From Candidatus Brocadiia bacterium (GTDB lineage Bacteria; Planctomycetota; DG-23; SLPQ01): a DNA stretch of 42,741 nt. This document shows, one piece after another, positions 27,550 through 37,800 of the stretch. The notes under the pieces were generated by a model. The model saw nothing but the letters and a program-made list of their open reading frames with translations. It ran no database searches and had not been told where the DNA came from. Location: assembly GCA_007131925.1 (NCBI GenBank), contig SLPQ01000065.1:1-42741 (forward strand), read 5' to 3'. Within the stretch, counting starts at the first letter, position 1, and each line of letters opens with the position of its first letter. The position numbers and the translations under genes are program-made.

Positions 27550-27669
27550 CCGACCTGCGCCAACGGAGCTCAAACGGCACTGGAGGATGGCCCACGCGAT
27601 ACCACAGTCCATCCGAAAGGCCGTTTGCTGCCCCTTCAGAAATCGCGGCCTGCTGACGGAGCTCCAGCC

Positions 27670-29064
27670 ATGAGTACTGACGATAACACTATAGTAGCCG
27701 TGGCCACGCCGCGCGGCAGAGCGGCACTGGGTATAGTGCGTCTGTCTGGCGGCGAGGCGTTGCGCATTGTCTCGGAGTGTCTTGACCGGCCGCTCAAAGC
27801 AGGGAGCTTCAGGAGGGTCGAGTCGCGGCTCACTCTGTCGCGAACTGCTGGGTTTCCAGTCGTTCTTTACGTGATGCTGGCAGGGCGCTCCTACACTCGT
27901 GAGGACGTAGTCGAGATACACGCGCCAGGTTCGCCGCCTCTTCTTGCAGCCATACTCTCAGAGATGCGCACGCGCGGCGCTCGCCTGGCTGAGCCGGGGG
28001 AGTTTACCCGCAGGGCCTTTCTTAACGGCCGCATAGACCTGGCACAGGCAGAGGCGGTCATGGCCATTGTGCGCGCGGGCAGCGAGACGGAGGAGCGGCT
28101 TGCCCTCTCGGCGCTCAAGGGCGACCTCTCAAGACGAGTGGGGGCGGTGCGCGGCGAGCTCGTACATTTGATGGCGGATATCGAGGCAGGGCTCGACTTT
28201 GTGGAAGATGAGGATATCTTCGTGCCGCCTGAGCGGCAGCGCCGCAGCATCGAAGGCGCCGCCGCCGCACTGGCGCAGGTGCTGTCAACAAGTGCGGTCA
28301 GGCGCCTGTACCGCGAAGAAGCCGCAGCCGTCCTGTACGGGCCGGCAAACGCAGGTAAGTCCAGCATCTTTAACCTGCTGGCAGGCTCCCCCTCGGCGAT
28401 AGTGGAGGATATGCCCGGCACAACGCGCGACTTTCTCGAAGCAGCAGTCGATCTTGAGGGGGTGCGGTTTATCCTGGTGGACACCGCAGGCATAAGGCCG
28501 CCGGCGGAGCTTGTCGAGCAGATCGCCCTCGAGCAAAGCGAAAGGGCGGCCCGCGACGCCCAGGTCGTGGCCTTCGTGGTTGACGCTTCTCGTGTGCCGG
28601 ACGATACAGCACGGCGGCTTTACGAGAGTGCGAGAACTTTGCCGCACCTTGCGATCCTCAATAAGTGCGACCTCGCCCAGCCACGAGACATCGCGGCATG
28701 GAGGCGCTTCTTCTCAAAGGGCGGTCCCGCCCAAGCCTCTACACGCCACGGGGTGCTGGAGCTCTCGGCGGCTACCGGAAGGGGAATAGACGACCTGGAA
28801 GCGGCCCTCGCGGAAATGGTGCTCGGCGGGTTTGTCAACCTTTCCGGCAGCAGGTATCTCATTGATGCGAGACAGCAGACATGCCTTGAGCATGCGCTGG
28901 CGGCGCTTGAAAGGGCCGGACGCATGGTTGAAACCGCCGCAGGCGACGAGCTTACCGCCCTGGAGATGAGAGATGCCATCGAGGCGCTCGGCAGGGTGAC
29001 AGGCGAGGATTACTTCTCTGATCTTCTCGACGAGGTCTTCAGTCGCTTCTGCGTAGGAAAGTGA
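27670..29064 (+). CDS. mnmE: tRNA modification GTPase MnmE (TrmE)
   Basis: TIVAVATP, SYTREDVVEIH, EPGEFTRRAFLNGRIDLAQAE, GPANAGKSS, GTTRD, DTAG, NKCD, C-terminal FSRFCVGK. Confidence 0.96.
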   Translation: MSTDDNTIVAVATPRGRAALGIVRLSGGEALRIVSECLDRPLKAGSFRRVESRLTLSRTAGFPVVLYVMLAGRSYTREDVVEIHAPGSPPLLAAILSEMRTRGARLAEPGEFTRRAFLNGRIDLAQAEAVMAIVRAGSETEERLALSALKGDLSRRVGAVRGELVHLMADIEAGLDFVEDEDIFVPPERQRRSIEGAAAALAQVLSTSAVRRLYREEAAAVLYGPANAGKSSIFNLLAGSPSAIVEDMPGTTRDFLEAAVDLEGVRFILVDTAGIRPPAELVEQIALEQSERAARDAQVVAFVVDASRVPDDTARRLYESARTLPHLAILNKCDLAQPRDIAAWRRFFSKGGPAQASTRHGVLELSAATGRGIDDLEAALAEMVLGGFVNLSGSRYLIDARQQTCLEHALAALERAGRMVETAAGDELTALEMRDAIEALGRVTGEDYFSDLLDEVFSRFCVGK

Positions 29065-29199
29065 TATGCCGGCCGACTTGACCCTGGCCGTGGATCGGCT
29101 GCCCACGGTGTCTTTTGTCGCGGCCTGCGGCGGGAGCGTCCGATGCCGCAAGTGCCGGCATACACACCGCCCGGCAAACACCCCCCCGCCCGGGGCGCG

Positions 29200-30168
29200 C
29201 TAAGTAGCGAGGTCTAAGATACGGCGGGCGTTTTCCCAGTAGATATGTTTGAGCACCTTTGCCGGCAGGTCGAGGCCGCAGATGACCGGCTCGGTCTCGC
29301 TGTCGGGGTCTCTTATCATCGAGCGCCCGTTGTAGGGTGTCTCCCACATCATGCGCTGGACGTGAAAACGCGAAGTGTAATACGTTGGAGATACCCCCGC
29401 CTGCACCACAAGGTCGGACCCGAAAAGTATCCGGCCGGCGTTTCTGATGAAAAACTCACGCGCTCTCTCGTGCTGACGCGAAATCTCACGTATGGTCCAC
29501 TTCGTCGCTGAGGTATCCACGTAAAAGTGCGGATAGGTGTCAATGAGCTGCTGAAGGTAGGCCAGGTTCTCAGGGTGTCCCCCCATGTGAACCCCCACGT
29601 ATGTCAGGCCCGGATGGGCATCCAGCAGATACTCCACCTGGTGAAAATAGTGGCCCTTGTGCCCGGCGCGGCCATCGACGTAAAACCGTCGCCACCATGC
29701 ATCAGGCTGCGCGATATGTGCCTGCACAGCAAGGCCAAGCTCCTGTGCACGATCAAAGAGCGGCTTGAGCATCGGGTCGTCGAGCCAGACGCGGGGAGCG
29801 CGGCCCTCGCGATCCGGGACGATCTTGAACTTCAGCGCCACAAAGCCTTCATCGCGCTGCTGCTCGATCTCGCGGACGCATTTATCGATAAGCTCGGCAG
29901 TGAGATTCACATCGCGAATTGGCGGCCACCCGCAAAAAAGGAAGAAATCGCCAAAGGCGTGCCTGATCTCACGAGCCCTCTCAAGCGTGGCAATGCCGAG
30001 GGCACGCTCCACACCGTAGCCGAGCGCACACTCATGGTACACCTGCGTAGCGCGCGCATCACCGAGGTGCATGTGATGGTCGAAAAGGGGCGAAGGTGGA
30101 GCCGAGAGCGGCTCATCGAGCGCACCCGCCAGGTCTTCGTACAGACTGTGGTGAAATTCGCTCATCAT
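29200..30168 (-). CDS. Amidohydrolase_2 family metal-dependent hydrolase
   Basis: FDHHMHL, ALKF, QAHIA, VHMGG, YVDTSA, ILFGSD, IYWENARRIL. Confidence 0.85.
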   Translation of the reverse strand: MMSEFHHSLYEDLAGALDEPLSAPPSPLFDHHMHLGDARATQVYHECALGYGVERALGIATLERAREIRHAFGDFFLFCGWPPIRDVNLTAELIDKCVREIEQQRDEGFVALKFKIVPDREGRAPRVWLDDPMLKPLFDRAQELGLAVQAHIAQPDAWWRRFYVDGRAGHKGHYFHQVEYLLDAHPGLTYVGVHMGGHPENLAYLQQLIDTYPHFYVDTSATKWTIREISRQHERAREFFIRNAGRILFGSDLVVQAGVSPTYYTSRFHVQRMMWETPYNGRSMIRDPDSETEPVICGLDLPAKVLKHIYWENARRILDLAT

Positions 30169-30348
30169 GTATCCTGTCTTAGCAGATGCGCGGTCGGATC
30201 CCCATTGCGGCCAAACTGCAGGCGCAACTACTGAAAGATTAAAAAGGGGGGCGCGCCTCGTAAAGGCTTTTGTCGGCGCCTGGCAGCCGGGCTGCTGCAG
30301 ATGCGCCCACCGAGGGGTTCCTTTTGCAGCTCTTCGCAGAAGCGTTTC

Positions 30349-31836
30349 TTAGTGTTTGTCGGGTCTGACGGGATTGCCGCGAATGGCGGCTGTGACCTTC
30401 GGCACAACAGATGGAGCCTGCTCTGAATCTTCTTCTATAACACGCATCGACTTCCATGCGCCCGATTTGTACCTGAGACGAAAGGCCAGCGCCAGCAGTC
30501 CCACATACGTGGTGCCTATCATGGCAGCGGTAAGAAAGCCTGCCTTCCAGACCTCCACGGCAAGGTACACCGGCAGCACGAGGCAGAGCCCGGAAAGAGA
30601 TGTAATCATCACCATGACAAAGCGCGTATCGCCTGCGCCCTTTAGGGCCGACGAGTAAATGATGTTAAAAGCGTCAAAGAGGCTGTAAATCGCCACAAAG
30701 CGCAGGAAGACGATGGCGATCCGATAGGCCTCAGGCCAGTTTCCCCCAATCTCTCCAGGCCTGAAAAGCCGCGTGAGCGGTCCGCCAAAGAGCACAAATA
30801 CAGTCGCTACAAGCGCCATATACACAAAAGTCATCTTGAAGGCGCTCCTTGTAGCCCGCTCGGCGAGGTCGGTCTCGCCGCGGCCGACAAACTGCCCGAC
30901 GAGTATCGACGTCGCGATTCCAAAGCCGATCATCGGCAGAAAGGCCAGGTGGTTTATCGAAAACGCAATGCTGCCTCCCTGCTGCTCGGCCGCTCCGATA
31001 CGGTACATCAGCATCACAAAGGCCGTCCAGCCGACCATGTCCACAGTCCACTGGACACCGTTGGGCAGGCCGTAGCGGATAAGGCGCCTGAAGAGTGCCA
31101 TCTCGAAGATGGGCCTCCTCAATATCCCGAACTCCCGCCCAAGGCGCCCAAAGCGCACGAAGATCACAAATGTCAGACAGATCGCGCCCGAGGCTATTAC
31201 CGTCGCCGTCGCCGCGCCCCTCGTGCCCCAGCGAGGCAGGCCGAAGCGTCCGAATATGAGAGCGTAGTTGAGGATTACGTTCAGAATGTGCCCGGGGATG
31301 TGTATGGCCATGTTGTAGTAGGTCTTACCCAGACCGCCGTAGAAGCTCGAAAGCGCTCCGGTCATTATCATCAGCCCCGCACCGGAGACGAAGATGCGAA
31401 AATATACCACCTCTTCCGCCTGCGCCTCCGGCGAGTGGTCCGCAAAGCGCATCAGCGGGCCGGCAAAGCGGGAGATGACAAAAAGAAGCACCGCCGAGAT
31501 AAGCGCGACATACACCCCGTGCCATACCGCCACCGATATGCGCTCGTGCCTGCCCGCACCGAAATACTGCGCCACAAACGTGCCGGTATACCCCGTCGTG
31601 CCCATGAAAAGGCTCAAGACCGTCCAGCCGGCAATGCTGGCGAACATCGCTCCCGCCAGCGCATTTGTCGAGTAGCGCGCAAGGAAGATGCGATCGACAA
31701 AGGACATGACGGTAGCGGAGGCCTGCGCCATGACAAGTGGGCCTGCTATCTCCAGCACGTGTCTGTAGCCACCGTCACGCCGACCGGCCGGTATCGCTCT
31801 CAATCCCTGCACGCCGCCTCCAGAAACCGCAGCCAA
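30349..31836 (-). CDS. MATE family efflux transporter
   Basis: IAGPLVMA, FVDRIFL, FVAQYFGAG, NYALIFGRFGLPRWG..GAATAT, LKGAGDT, 12 TM segments. The start codon is uncertain. Confidence 0.92.
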   Translation of the reverse strand: MAAVSGGGVQGLRAIPAGRRDGGYRHVLEIAGPLVMAQASATVMSFVDRIFLARYSTNALAGAMFASIAGWTVLSLFMGTTGYTGTFVAQYFGAGRHERISVAVWHGVYVALISAVLLFVISRFAGPLMRFADHSPEAQAEEVVYFRIFVSGAGLMIMTGALSSFYGGLGKTYYNMAIHIPGHILNVILNYALIFGRFGLPRWGTRGAATATVIASGAICLTFVIFVRFGRLGREFGILRRPIFEMALFRRLIRYGLPNGVQWTVDMVGWTAFVMLMYRIGAAEQQGGSIAFSINHLAFLPMIGFGIATSILVGQFVGRGETDLAERATRSAFKMTFVYMALVATVFVLFGGPLTRLFRPGEIGGNWPEAYRIAIVFLRFVAIYSLFDAFNIIYSSALKGAGDTRFVMVMITSLSGLCLVLPVYLAVEVWKAGFLTAAMIGTTYVGLLALAFRLRYKSGAWKSMRVIEEDSEQAPSVVPKVTAAIRGNPVRPDKH

Positions 31837-31915
31837 AATCGACCGCCAACGCCACCTTTAGTGCCCCGGCCGAGGCCGACACACGCGCATATCGCCGGCT
31901 CAGTACGTTGCCCAT

Positions 31916-32395
31916 TCATAATGCGCGACTTCCGGCGGGATCGTTTTCTTCGATCCTGGAGCGCAGGAAGGCGACAAACCCCTCGGGATCATCCGTCCCA
32001 AGCAGCAAGGTCTTTGGGCCCATCTGTATCCGCACGCAGGGGCCCATGCGGATGTTCCAGAGCCAACCCTTTCTGGTCCAGTGAATGCCCATCCCTCCCG
32101 GGAGCCCGACGCGATCCCGCTCGACGCCGGTGATGCGCTCATACGGGATGCTCATTCTGAAAACCGAGAGCGGTCCGAAGCGCACGGCAAGCCGATCGCC
32201 CTCGTCTCTGATTGTGAGGGACGCAAACGCGAATGAAAACACGCCAATGACCACAGCTCCAGCCGTAAGTACGACCAGGGGCACCACGTGGCCGCGGGAG
32301 GCATACGCCAGCACCAGCCAGATTACCGCCGCAAAGAGCATAATCGGCCGGATAATTCCATTCTGGGTATGCAAGTATCCGGGCACTTCAGACAT
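31916..32395 (-). CDS. Hypothetical membrane protein (two TM helices plus a PH-like beta domain)
   Basis: YLHTQ, two TM helices, LAVRFGP, GMGIHW...WLWN, LGTDDPE. ATG 32395 follows a GGGG SD. Confidence 0.7.
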   Translation of the reverse strand: MSEVPGYLHTQNGIIRPIMLFAAVIWLVLAYASRGHVVPLVVLTAGAVVIGVFSFAFASLTIRDEGDRLAVRFGPLSVFRMSIPYERITGVERDRVGLPGGMGIHWTRKGWLWNIRMGPCVRIQMGPKTLLLGTDDPEGFVAFLRSRIEENDPAGSRAL

Positions 32396-32560
32396 CAGAA
32401 AACCCCTGCTGCAAGGAAAACCACCATGAACACGGTCAGCGATTATAAGGCTGCGTGGCCGCAATGGAAATGCTTTGTACGGTCGCTCGAGGCTTGACGG
32501 CCCGTTGCGTCTTTCCGTGGGACGTTAGTCGAGCTGACGCTTCAGCGAAGTGAACGAAAC

Positions 32561-32597
32561 GGCGCGCGAAAAGGCGTTTCTTGCATTTTCGCGCGCC
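32561..32597 (-). terminator. Stem-loop downstream of cysK (probable terminator of the sulfur operon)
   Basis: 12-bp inverted repeat GGCGCGCGAAAA/TTTTCGCGCGCC, followed on the minus strand by GTTTCGTT. Confidence 0.55.
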
Positions 32598-32645
32598 GCA
32601 CTGCTACAAATGGGGCAGCTGGACGTAAGCTCCCGCCGCCTTTGC

Positions 32646-33602
32646 CTACAGGAGCCCCTCGTACAATATGCTCGACAGGTACCGCTCACCGGAGTCAGGC
32701 AGTATTACGACGATAGTCTTGTTTTCGAAGGCGTCATGACCGGCCAACCGAGCGGCCACCGCTGCGGCCGCGCCGCTGGAGATACCTGAGATTATCCCCT
32801 CTTCACTGGCGAGCCGCCTGGCAAAGTCGATAGCCTCCTCATCCCCGACCGTCTCCACCCGGTCGACGAGGTTGAGGTCCAGCACCTTGGGGACAAAGCC
32901 TGCGCCGATGCCCTGGATCTTGTGGGGGCCGGGCTTGATCTCGCTGCCGGCGAGCGTCTGGGTCAATATCGGGCTTTTCTCAGGCTCGACGGCGATGGAG
33001 ATGATCTGTTTGGACTTCTCGCGCTTTATGAAGCGCGATACGCCTGTAATGGTGCCTCCCGTCCCGACGCCTGAGACCAGCACGTCTATCGCGCCGCCGG
33101 TGTCATCCCAGATCTCAGGACCGGTGGTACGTTCGTGTATGCCGGGATTTGCGGGGTTTTCAAACTGCTGCGGCATGTAGTACTTGTCGGGATCAGACGC
33201 CATGAGCTCCCCGGCGCGGGTAATAGCACCGGGCATGCCTTCCGACCCGGGAGTCAGGATGACGTTGGCGCCGAAGGCCTTCAGGACCTTTCGCCTCTCA
33301 AGTGACATTGTCTCAGGCATGGTCAGGTCCACCTTGTACCCGCGCGCAGCTCCGACAAAGGCAAGGGCAATGCCCGTATTACCGCTGGTCGGCTCCACGA
33401 TCACCTTGCCCGGCCGCAAGACGCCCCTCTCTTCGGCGTCCCATATCATTGATGCACCGATGCGGCACTTGACGGAAAAGGCAGGATTGCGCGCCTCGAT
33501 CTTGCCTAAGATGGTCGCCTTTGACCCGGGCGCCAGCCTGTTGAGCCTTACCAGCGGGGTCCTGCCGATCGCAAGCGAGTTGTCGTCATACGTTCGAACC
33601 AT
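32646..33602 (-). CDS. cysK: Cysteine synthase A
   Basis: [19 protein letters not shown] (PLP Lys), [39 protein letters not shown]. Confidence 0.96.
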   Translation of the reverse strand: MVRTYDDNSLAIGRTPLVRLNRLAPGSKATILGKIEARNPAFSVKCRIGASMIWDAEERGVLRPGKVIVEPTSGNTGIALAFVGAARGYKVDLTMPETMSLERRKVLKAFGANVILTPGSEGMPGAITRAGELMASDPDKYYMPQQFENPANPGIHERTTGPEIWDDTGGAIDVLVSGVGTGGTITGVSRFIKREKSKQIISIAVEPEKSPILTQTLAGSEIKPGPHKIQGIGAGFVPKVLDLNLVDRVETVGDEEAIDFARRLASEEGIISGISSGAAAAVAARLAGHDAFENKTIVVILPDSGERYLSSILYEGLL

Positions 33603-33627
33603 GTCCCAACCCCTTTCACTCTATGTA

Positions 33628-34299
33628 TTAGGTTGTCGTCGTTTCGGTCGCGTCTCCAGGCTTCTCGCTAAGGTGCGACGAGCCAGCCCTGGCGATAATA
33701 AAGCAGCCCCACTCAGCGGTCAGGTTCGGCAGGAGAATGTGCGGTCGCACTTTGCCGCCTCTGACCGCATAAGTACAGTCTATCCGACCACCGCAACGGC
33801 GCGCAAGTTTCACAAAATCGGCAAGTGTCGTATGATGTATGTTTGGCGTCTCATACCATTCGTGGGGCAGCGCAGCAGTTTTCGGCATAAATCCTCTCAA
33901 GAGCTGCCAGCGCACTCGCCAGTGAGCGAAGTTCGGAACGAAGCATATTGCACGCTGCGCCACGCGCAGCATCTCGGTGAGGACGCGGTCCGGTCGGCTC
34001 AAGACCTCGAGTGTCCGGTTGAGTACGGCCGTGTCAAACGAATCGTCCGAGAAGCATCCAAGCCCCTCGGCAGCATCGAGCATTATAACATCAAGGCCGC
34101 GCGATATGCAGTGGATCACCGCGTCCCGGTCGATATCCACACCCACGGTAAATTCGCGCCGCCCGAGGCTTTCCAGCAGCTCGCCATACCCGCAACCTAT
34201 GTCCAGGACACGCCTGTCGTCTCGCAGAAGCTCGAGCAGCACTCGGTTGGCGCTCCGGCGTGTCGCTTGTTCGCTGTGGAAAATCTCACTTCTTTCCAT
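33628..34299 (-). CDS. metW: Methionine biosynthesis protein MetW
   Basis: VLDIGCGYG SAM motif, PNFAHWRVR, LPHEWYETPNIH. Overlaps the metX stop. Confidence 0.9.
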   Translation of the reverse strand: MERSEIFHSEQATRRSANRVLLELLRDDRRVLDIGCGYGELLESLGRREFTVGVDIDRDAVIHCISRGLDVIMLDAAEGLGCFSDDSFDTAVLNRTLEVLSRPDRVLTEMLRVAQRAICFVPNFAHWRVRWQLLRGFMPKTAALPHEWYETPNIHHTTLADFVKLARRCGGRIDCTYAVRGGKVRPHILLPNLTAEWGCFIIARAGSSHLSEKPGDATETTTT

Positions 34300-35443
34300 C
34301 TCGCACCGATTGGATGAAGCCTGATACTATCGTGGCCAGCGGTTCATACTCCAGAAGGAAAGCATCATGTCCGTACGCCGACTCGAGCTCCACGAAGCTC
34401 ACGCGCTTGCGGCCGACCAGCAGTGCATCGACCAGCTCGCGCGACTGCGCCGTAGGAAAGAGCCAGTCGCCGGTGTACGACACGACCAGCCACCTTGCCT
34501 TGGATGGCGCCAGGGCTTCCGCGAGAGAGCTGCACTCGGCGGCCGGGTCGTAGTAGTCCATGGCCTTGGTGATATAGAGATACGAATTTCCGTCGAAACG
34601 CTCCACAAACTTGGCGCCCTGGTAGTCAAGGTAGGTCTCCACTGCAAACTCGCTGTCAAAGCCGTACGAGAGCTTCTCGGCCTCCCGGAGTGCCCTGCCA
34701 AACTTCTCCTGCATGGAGGAGTCGGAGAGATAAGTTATATGGCCTATCATGCGCGCGACTGCCAGACCCCCCAGCGGCTCTCCGTTGTCATAATAGTCGC
34801 CTCCGCACCAGCGGGGATCGCTGGTGATGGCATTTCTGCCCACTGCGTTGAAGGCTATCGACTGCGCCGACAGGCGTGACGTGGACGCTATTACAATGGC
34901 CGATCCGACACGCTCCGGAAATGATATCGCCCACTCAATCGCCTGCATGCCGCCCATTGACCCGCCAATGACCGCGGCTACCCTGTCGATACCGAGCCTG
35001 TCTAGAAGCCGAGCCTGTACGCGCACCATATCACCGATCGTCACAGTTGGAAAGCTCATGCCGTAACGCCTGCCGGTGGCTACGTTTATGCTGCCAGGGC
35101 CGGTCGTTCCGCGGCAACCGCCGAGGACGTTCGAACAGATTACGAAATACCGATCGGTATCGATGGCCCTGCCCGGTCCCACAAAATCATCCCACCAGCC
35201 CACAGCCGCCTCATCCGGTCTGTACCGGCCCGCTACGTGCGCGTCACCCGAAAGCGCGTGCGCAATGAGGATGACGTTGTCCTTTGTACGGGAAAGCTCG
35301 CCGAGCGTCTCGTAGGCGACGGTTATGGGCGAGAGGTGCGCTCCGCTTTCAAGCTCAAACCTCTCGCCCGGTTCCACCACCTGCATACTCGCACGCTGTG
35401 CAAGGGGCACGCCAGCAGGTGTCTCTTGTGCGACTCTTCTCAT
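34286..35443 (-). CDS. metX: Homoserine O-acetyltransferase
   Basis: [30 protein letters not shown] nucleophile elbow, [16 protein letters not shown]. Confidence 0.95.
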   Translation of the reverse strand: MRRVAQETPAGVPLAQRASMQVVEPGERFELESGAHLSPITVAYETLGELSRTKDNVILIAHALSGDAHVAGRYRPDEAAVGWWDDFVGPGRAIDTDRYFVICSNVLGGCRGTTGPGSINVATGRRYGMSFPTVTIGDMVRVQARLLDRLGIDRVAAVIGGSMGGMQAIEWAISFPERVGSAIVIASTSRLSAQSIAFNAVGRNAITSDPRWCGGDYYDNGEPLGGLAVARMIGHITYLSDSSMQEKFGRALREAEKLSYGFDSEFAVETYLDYQGAKFVERFDGNSYLYITKAMDYYDPAAECSSLAEALAPSKARWLVVSYTGDWLFPTAQSRELVDALLVGRKRVSFVELESAYGHDAFLLEYEPLATIVSGFIQSVRDGKK

Positions 35444-36738
35444 GTACGTTTCCCGTGGGCTCTGGCGATGGCCTGGTCGATGTCGGCCTTTATGTCTCCG
35501 GCGTCCTCCAGACCCACCGAGAGCCTTATATAGTCTTCGCTCACACCGGCGGCCAGCTGCTGCTCGGGCTTGAGCTGCTGGTGGGTGGTCGAGGCCGGAT
35601 GTATCACGAGGGTTTTTGCATCACCGATATTGGCAAGGTGGCTGCATAGCTCGAGTGAATCGATGAATGTCACCGCCGCATCGCGCCCGCCCTTGATGCC
35701 AAAGCCAACAATCGCTCCGGCACCCTTGGGAAGGTACCTGGCGACCCTGGCGTGGTCGGCGTGCGACGGCAGACCGGGGTAGTTTACCCATGTGACGCCG
35801 GGATGACTCTCCAGCCAGCCGGCCAGCTCCAGGGCGTTCGAAGAGTGTTTAGCCATCCTGAGGGGCAGTGTCTCAAGGCCCTGCAAGAAGAGAAATGCGT
35901 TAAAGGGCGAAAGACACCCTCCCATGTCACGAAGCAGGCACACCCGCGCACGCAGGATGTAAGCAAGCGGGCCAAAGGCCTCCGACAGCACCAGGCCATG
36001 ATAGCTCTCGAGCGGCTCGGTGAACTCGGTGTAAGGCGCAGCCGTCCAGTCAAATCTTCCGCTGTCGACTATCGCGCCGCCTATCGACGTTCCATGGCCG
36101 CCGATGTACTTGGTGAGCGAGTACACGGCGATGTCGGCCCCGTGGTCAAACGGCTTGAGAAGGGATGCGGTCGTGACCGTGTTGTCTACCACCAGCGGCA
36201 CTCCCGCCGAGTGCGCAATGTCAGCGAGCGACTCGAGGTCGGTGACGTCGTTTTTCGGATTGCCCAGCGACTCACAGTAAAGAAGACGCGTCTTGTCATC
36301 AAAGGCAGCCTTTACCGCGTCAAGATCGCCGACGTCCACAAAGCGCACCTCGATGCCAAGCCTCGCCATGGTATGCTCAAAGAGCGTACGCGTGCCGCCG
36401 TAGAGGCTGTCGGACGAGACAATGTTCTGGCCTGCAGAGGTAATGTTCAAAACGGCGGCCGTGATGGCAGCCTGCCCCGAGGCGAAAGCCAGCGCGCCGA
36501 CACCACCGTCCAGCGCCGCAAGGCGCTTTTCAAGCACATCGGTGGTGGGGTTCATGATACGGGTGTAAATATTTCCAAACTCCTTGAGTGCAAAAAGCCG
36601 CGCGGCATGGCCGGAGTCCTCGAAGTTAAATGATGTCGTCTGATAAATCGGCACCGCCCGCGCCCCGGTAGCCGTATCCGGCTCCTGCCCGGCGTGCAGG
36701 CTCAGCGTGTCAAATCCGAAAGTCTTTTCTATACTCAT
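35440..36738 (-). CDS. metY: O-acetylhomoserine aminocarboxypropyltransferase (sulfhydrylase)
   Basis: [36 protein letters not shown] (PLP Lys), [28 protein letters not shown]. Confidence 0.95.
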   Translation of the reverse strand: MSIEKTFGFDTLSLHAGQEPDTATGARAVPIYQTTSFNFEDSGHAARLFALKEFGNIYTRIMNPTTDVLEKRLAALDGGVGALAFASGQAAITAAVLNITSAGQNIVSSDSLYGGTRTLFEHTMARLGIEVRFVDVGDLDAVKAAFDDKTRLLYCESLGNPKNDVTDLESLADIAHSAGVPLVVDNTVTTASLLKPFDHGADIAVYSLTKYIGGHGTSIGGAIVDSGRFDWTAAPYTEFTEPLESYHGLVLSEAFGPLAYILRARVCLLRDMGGCLSPFNAFLFLQGLETLPLRMAKHSSNALELAGWLESHPGVTWVNYPGLPSHADHARVARYLPKGAGAIVGFGIKGGRDAAVTFIDSLELCSHLANIGDAKTLVIHPASTTHQQLKPEQQLAAGVSEDYIRLSVGLEDAGDIKADIDQAIARAHGKRT

Positions 36739-36924
36739 TCATGCGCCCCTTTCCCGGCGACAGCGACCAAGACGTCATGCCTGGACTTACGCGCCGGAGA
36801 CCGGAAGTTATATTTGAAGTCAAGCTCATCAAGCGACACATAGTGCAGCGATTTTCAGACGAATTCGCACCCCTCATCTCCGATCTCATTTCTTCAAGGA
36901 AACCCGCTACGGCACGGGTTGTCT

Positions 36925-37752
36925 TCAGCCGGCCCTTACCGTTTCACGGGCCGGTGCTCCCATCGAAGCGTCCAGAATCCGGCCGGCCGCCCTTGCAGCT
37001 GCGCATCCGGACAGGAGCATCGCACCGAAGGTCGGGCCCATGCGCGGCGTGCCGACTACGGTGCTGACGCTCATCCCGCAAGCGATGATGCCGGGAAAGA
37101 CTTCACCAGTGCCGGCCAGCACTGCGTCCTCAGCATTTTCTGCATCCATCGCGCCCATGCCGGCCATCTCCAAGAGACCGCGCCGGGCGAGTTTCTCGCA
37201 TACGGCCGCATCATGGCCGGTGGCGTCGACCACGACCTTTGCCTCTATCGAGATCGGGTCCACACAGGTGATCTGCCTCGGCAGAGCACCTACGGGCGTC
37301 CAGTTTACAACCACGCCGCTCACACGCCTGCGGCGCACTATCAGGTCTTCGACGGTGGTCATGTTCAGCACCGACACGCCGGCATCGCACGCACTGGCTA
37401 TCAGCTTCGAACATGCCTCTGGCGCATCGGCTACGTACAGCCCTTCGCAGGCCTTATCGTATCTGACACCTAAGCGGTTGAATTGCTCCTGTGCCGGGTG
37501 GCGCACGGTCACTTTGTTCATGAGAAAACCGCCTATCCAGAATCCCCCTCCGAGATAATTGTTTCGCTCGATGAGCAGCACCTTGCGACCGCCGGACGCA
37601 AGCTCCCGCGCGCATACCAGGCCGGCAGGGCCGGCGCCGACTACAACGACGTCACTTGAAACATGCCTTTCGAGAGTCTCAGTGAAGCTCGATAGTATCG
37701 CGCGCGTAACGTCTGCATCCTTTACGGAGGCGAAAACCCTTTCATCAGACAT
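36925..37752 (-). CDS. thi4: THI4-family thiazole synthase, with Cys at the sulfur-donor position
   Basis: VVGAGPAG, GGGFWIGG, GVVVNW, LPRQITCVDP, DATGHD, PRMGPTFGAMLLSG. Confidence 0.92.
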   Translation of the reverse strand: MSDERVFASVKDADVTRAILSSFTETLERHVSSDVVVVGAGPAGLVCARELASGGRKVLLIERNNYLGGGFWIGGFLMNKVTVRHPAQEQFNRLGVRYDKACEGLYVADAPEACSKLIASACDAGVSVLNMTTVEDLIVRRRRVSGVVVNWTPVGALPRQITCVDPISIEAKVVVDATGHDAAVCEKLARRGLLEMAGMGAMDAENAEDAVLAGTGEVFPGIIACGMSVSTVVGTPRMGPTFGAMLLSGCAAARAAGRILDASMGAPARETVRAG

Positions 37753-37800
37753 TGCCTCTCTCCCTCAAAAAACCGTGCAGTATGTTGTGCGGCCCGCCCC

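Noticed and set aside
15651-32408. AAAACCCCTG recurring in three intergenic spots (15651, 23849, 32399)
   Set aside because: One copy is the SD region of a minus-strand gene and one is the sRNA terminal stem. The flanks do not align, so it is not a REP-like repeat family.
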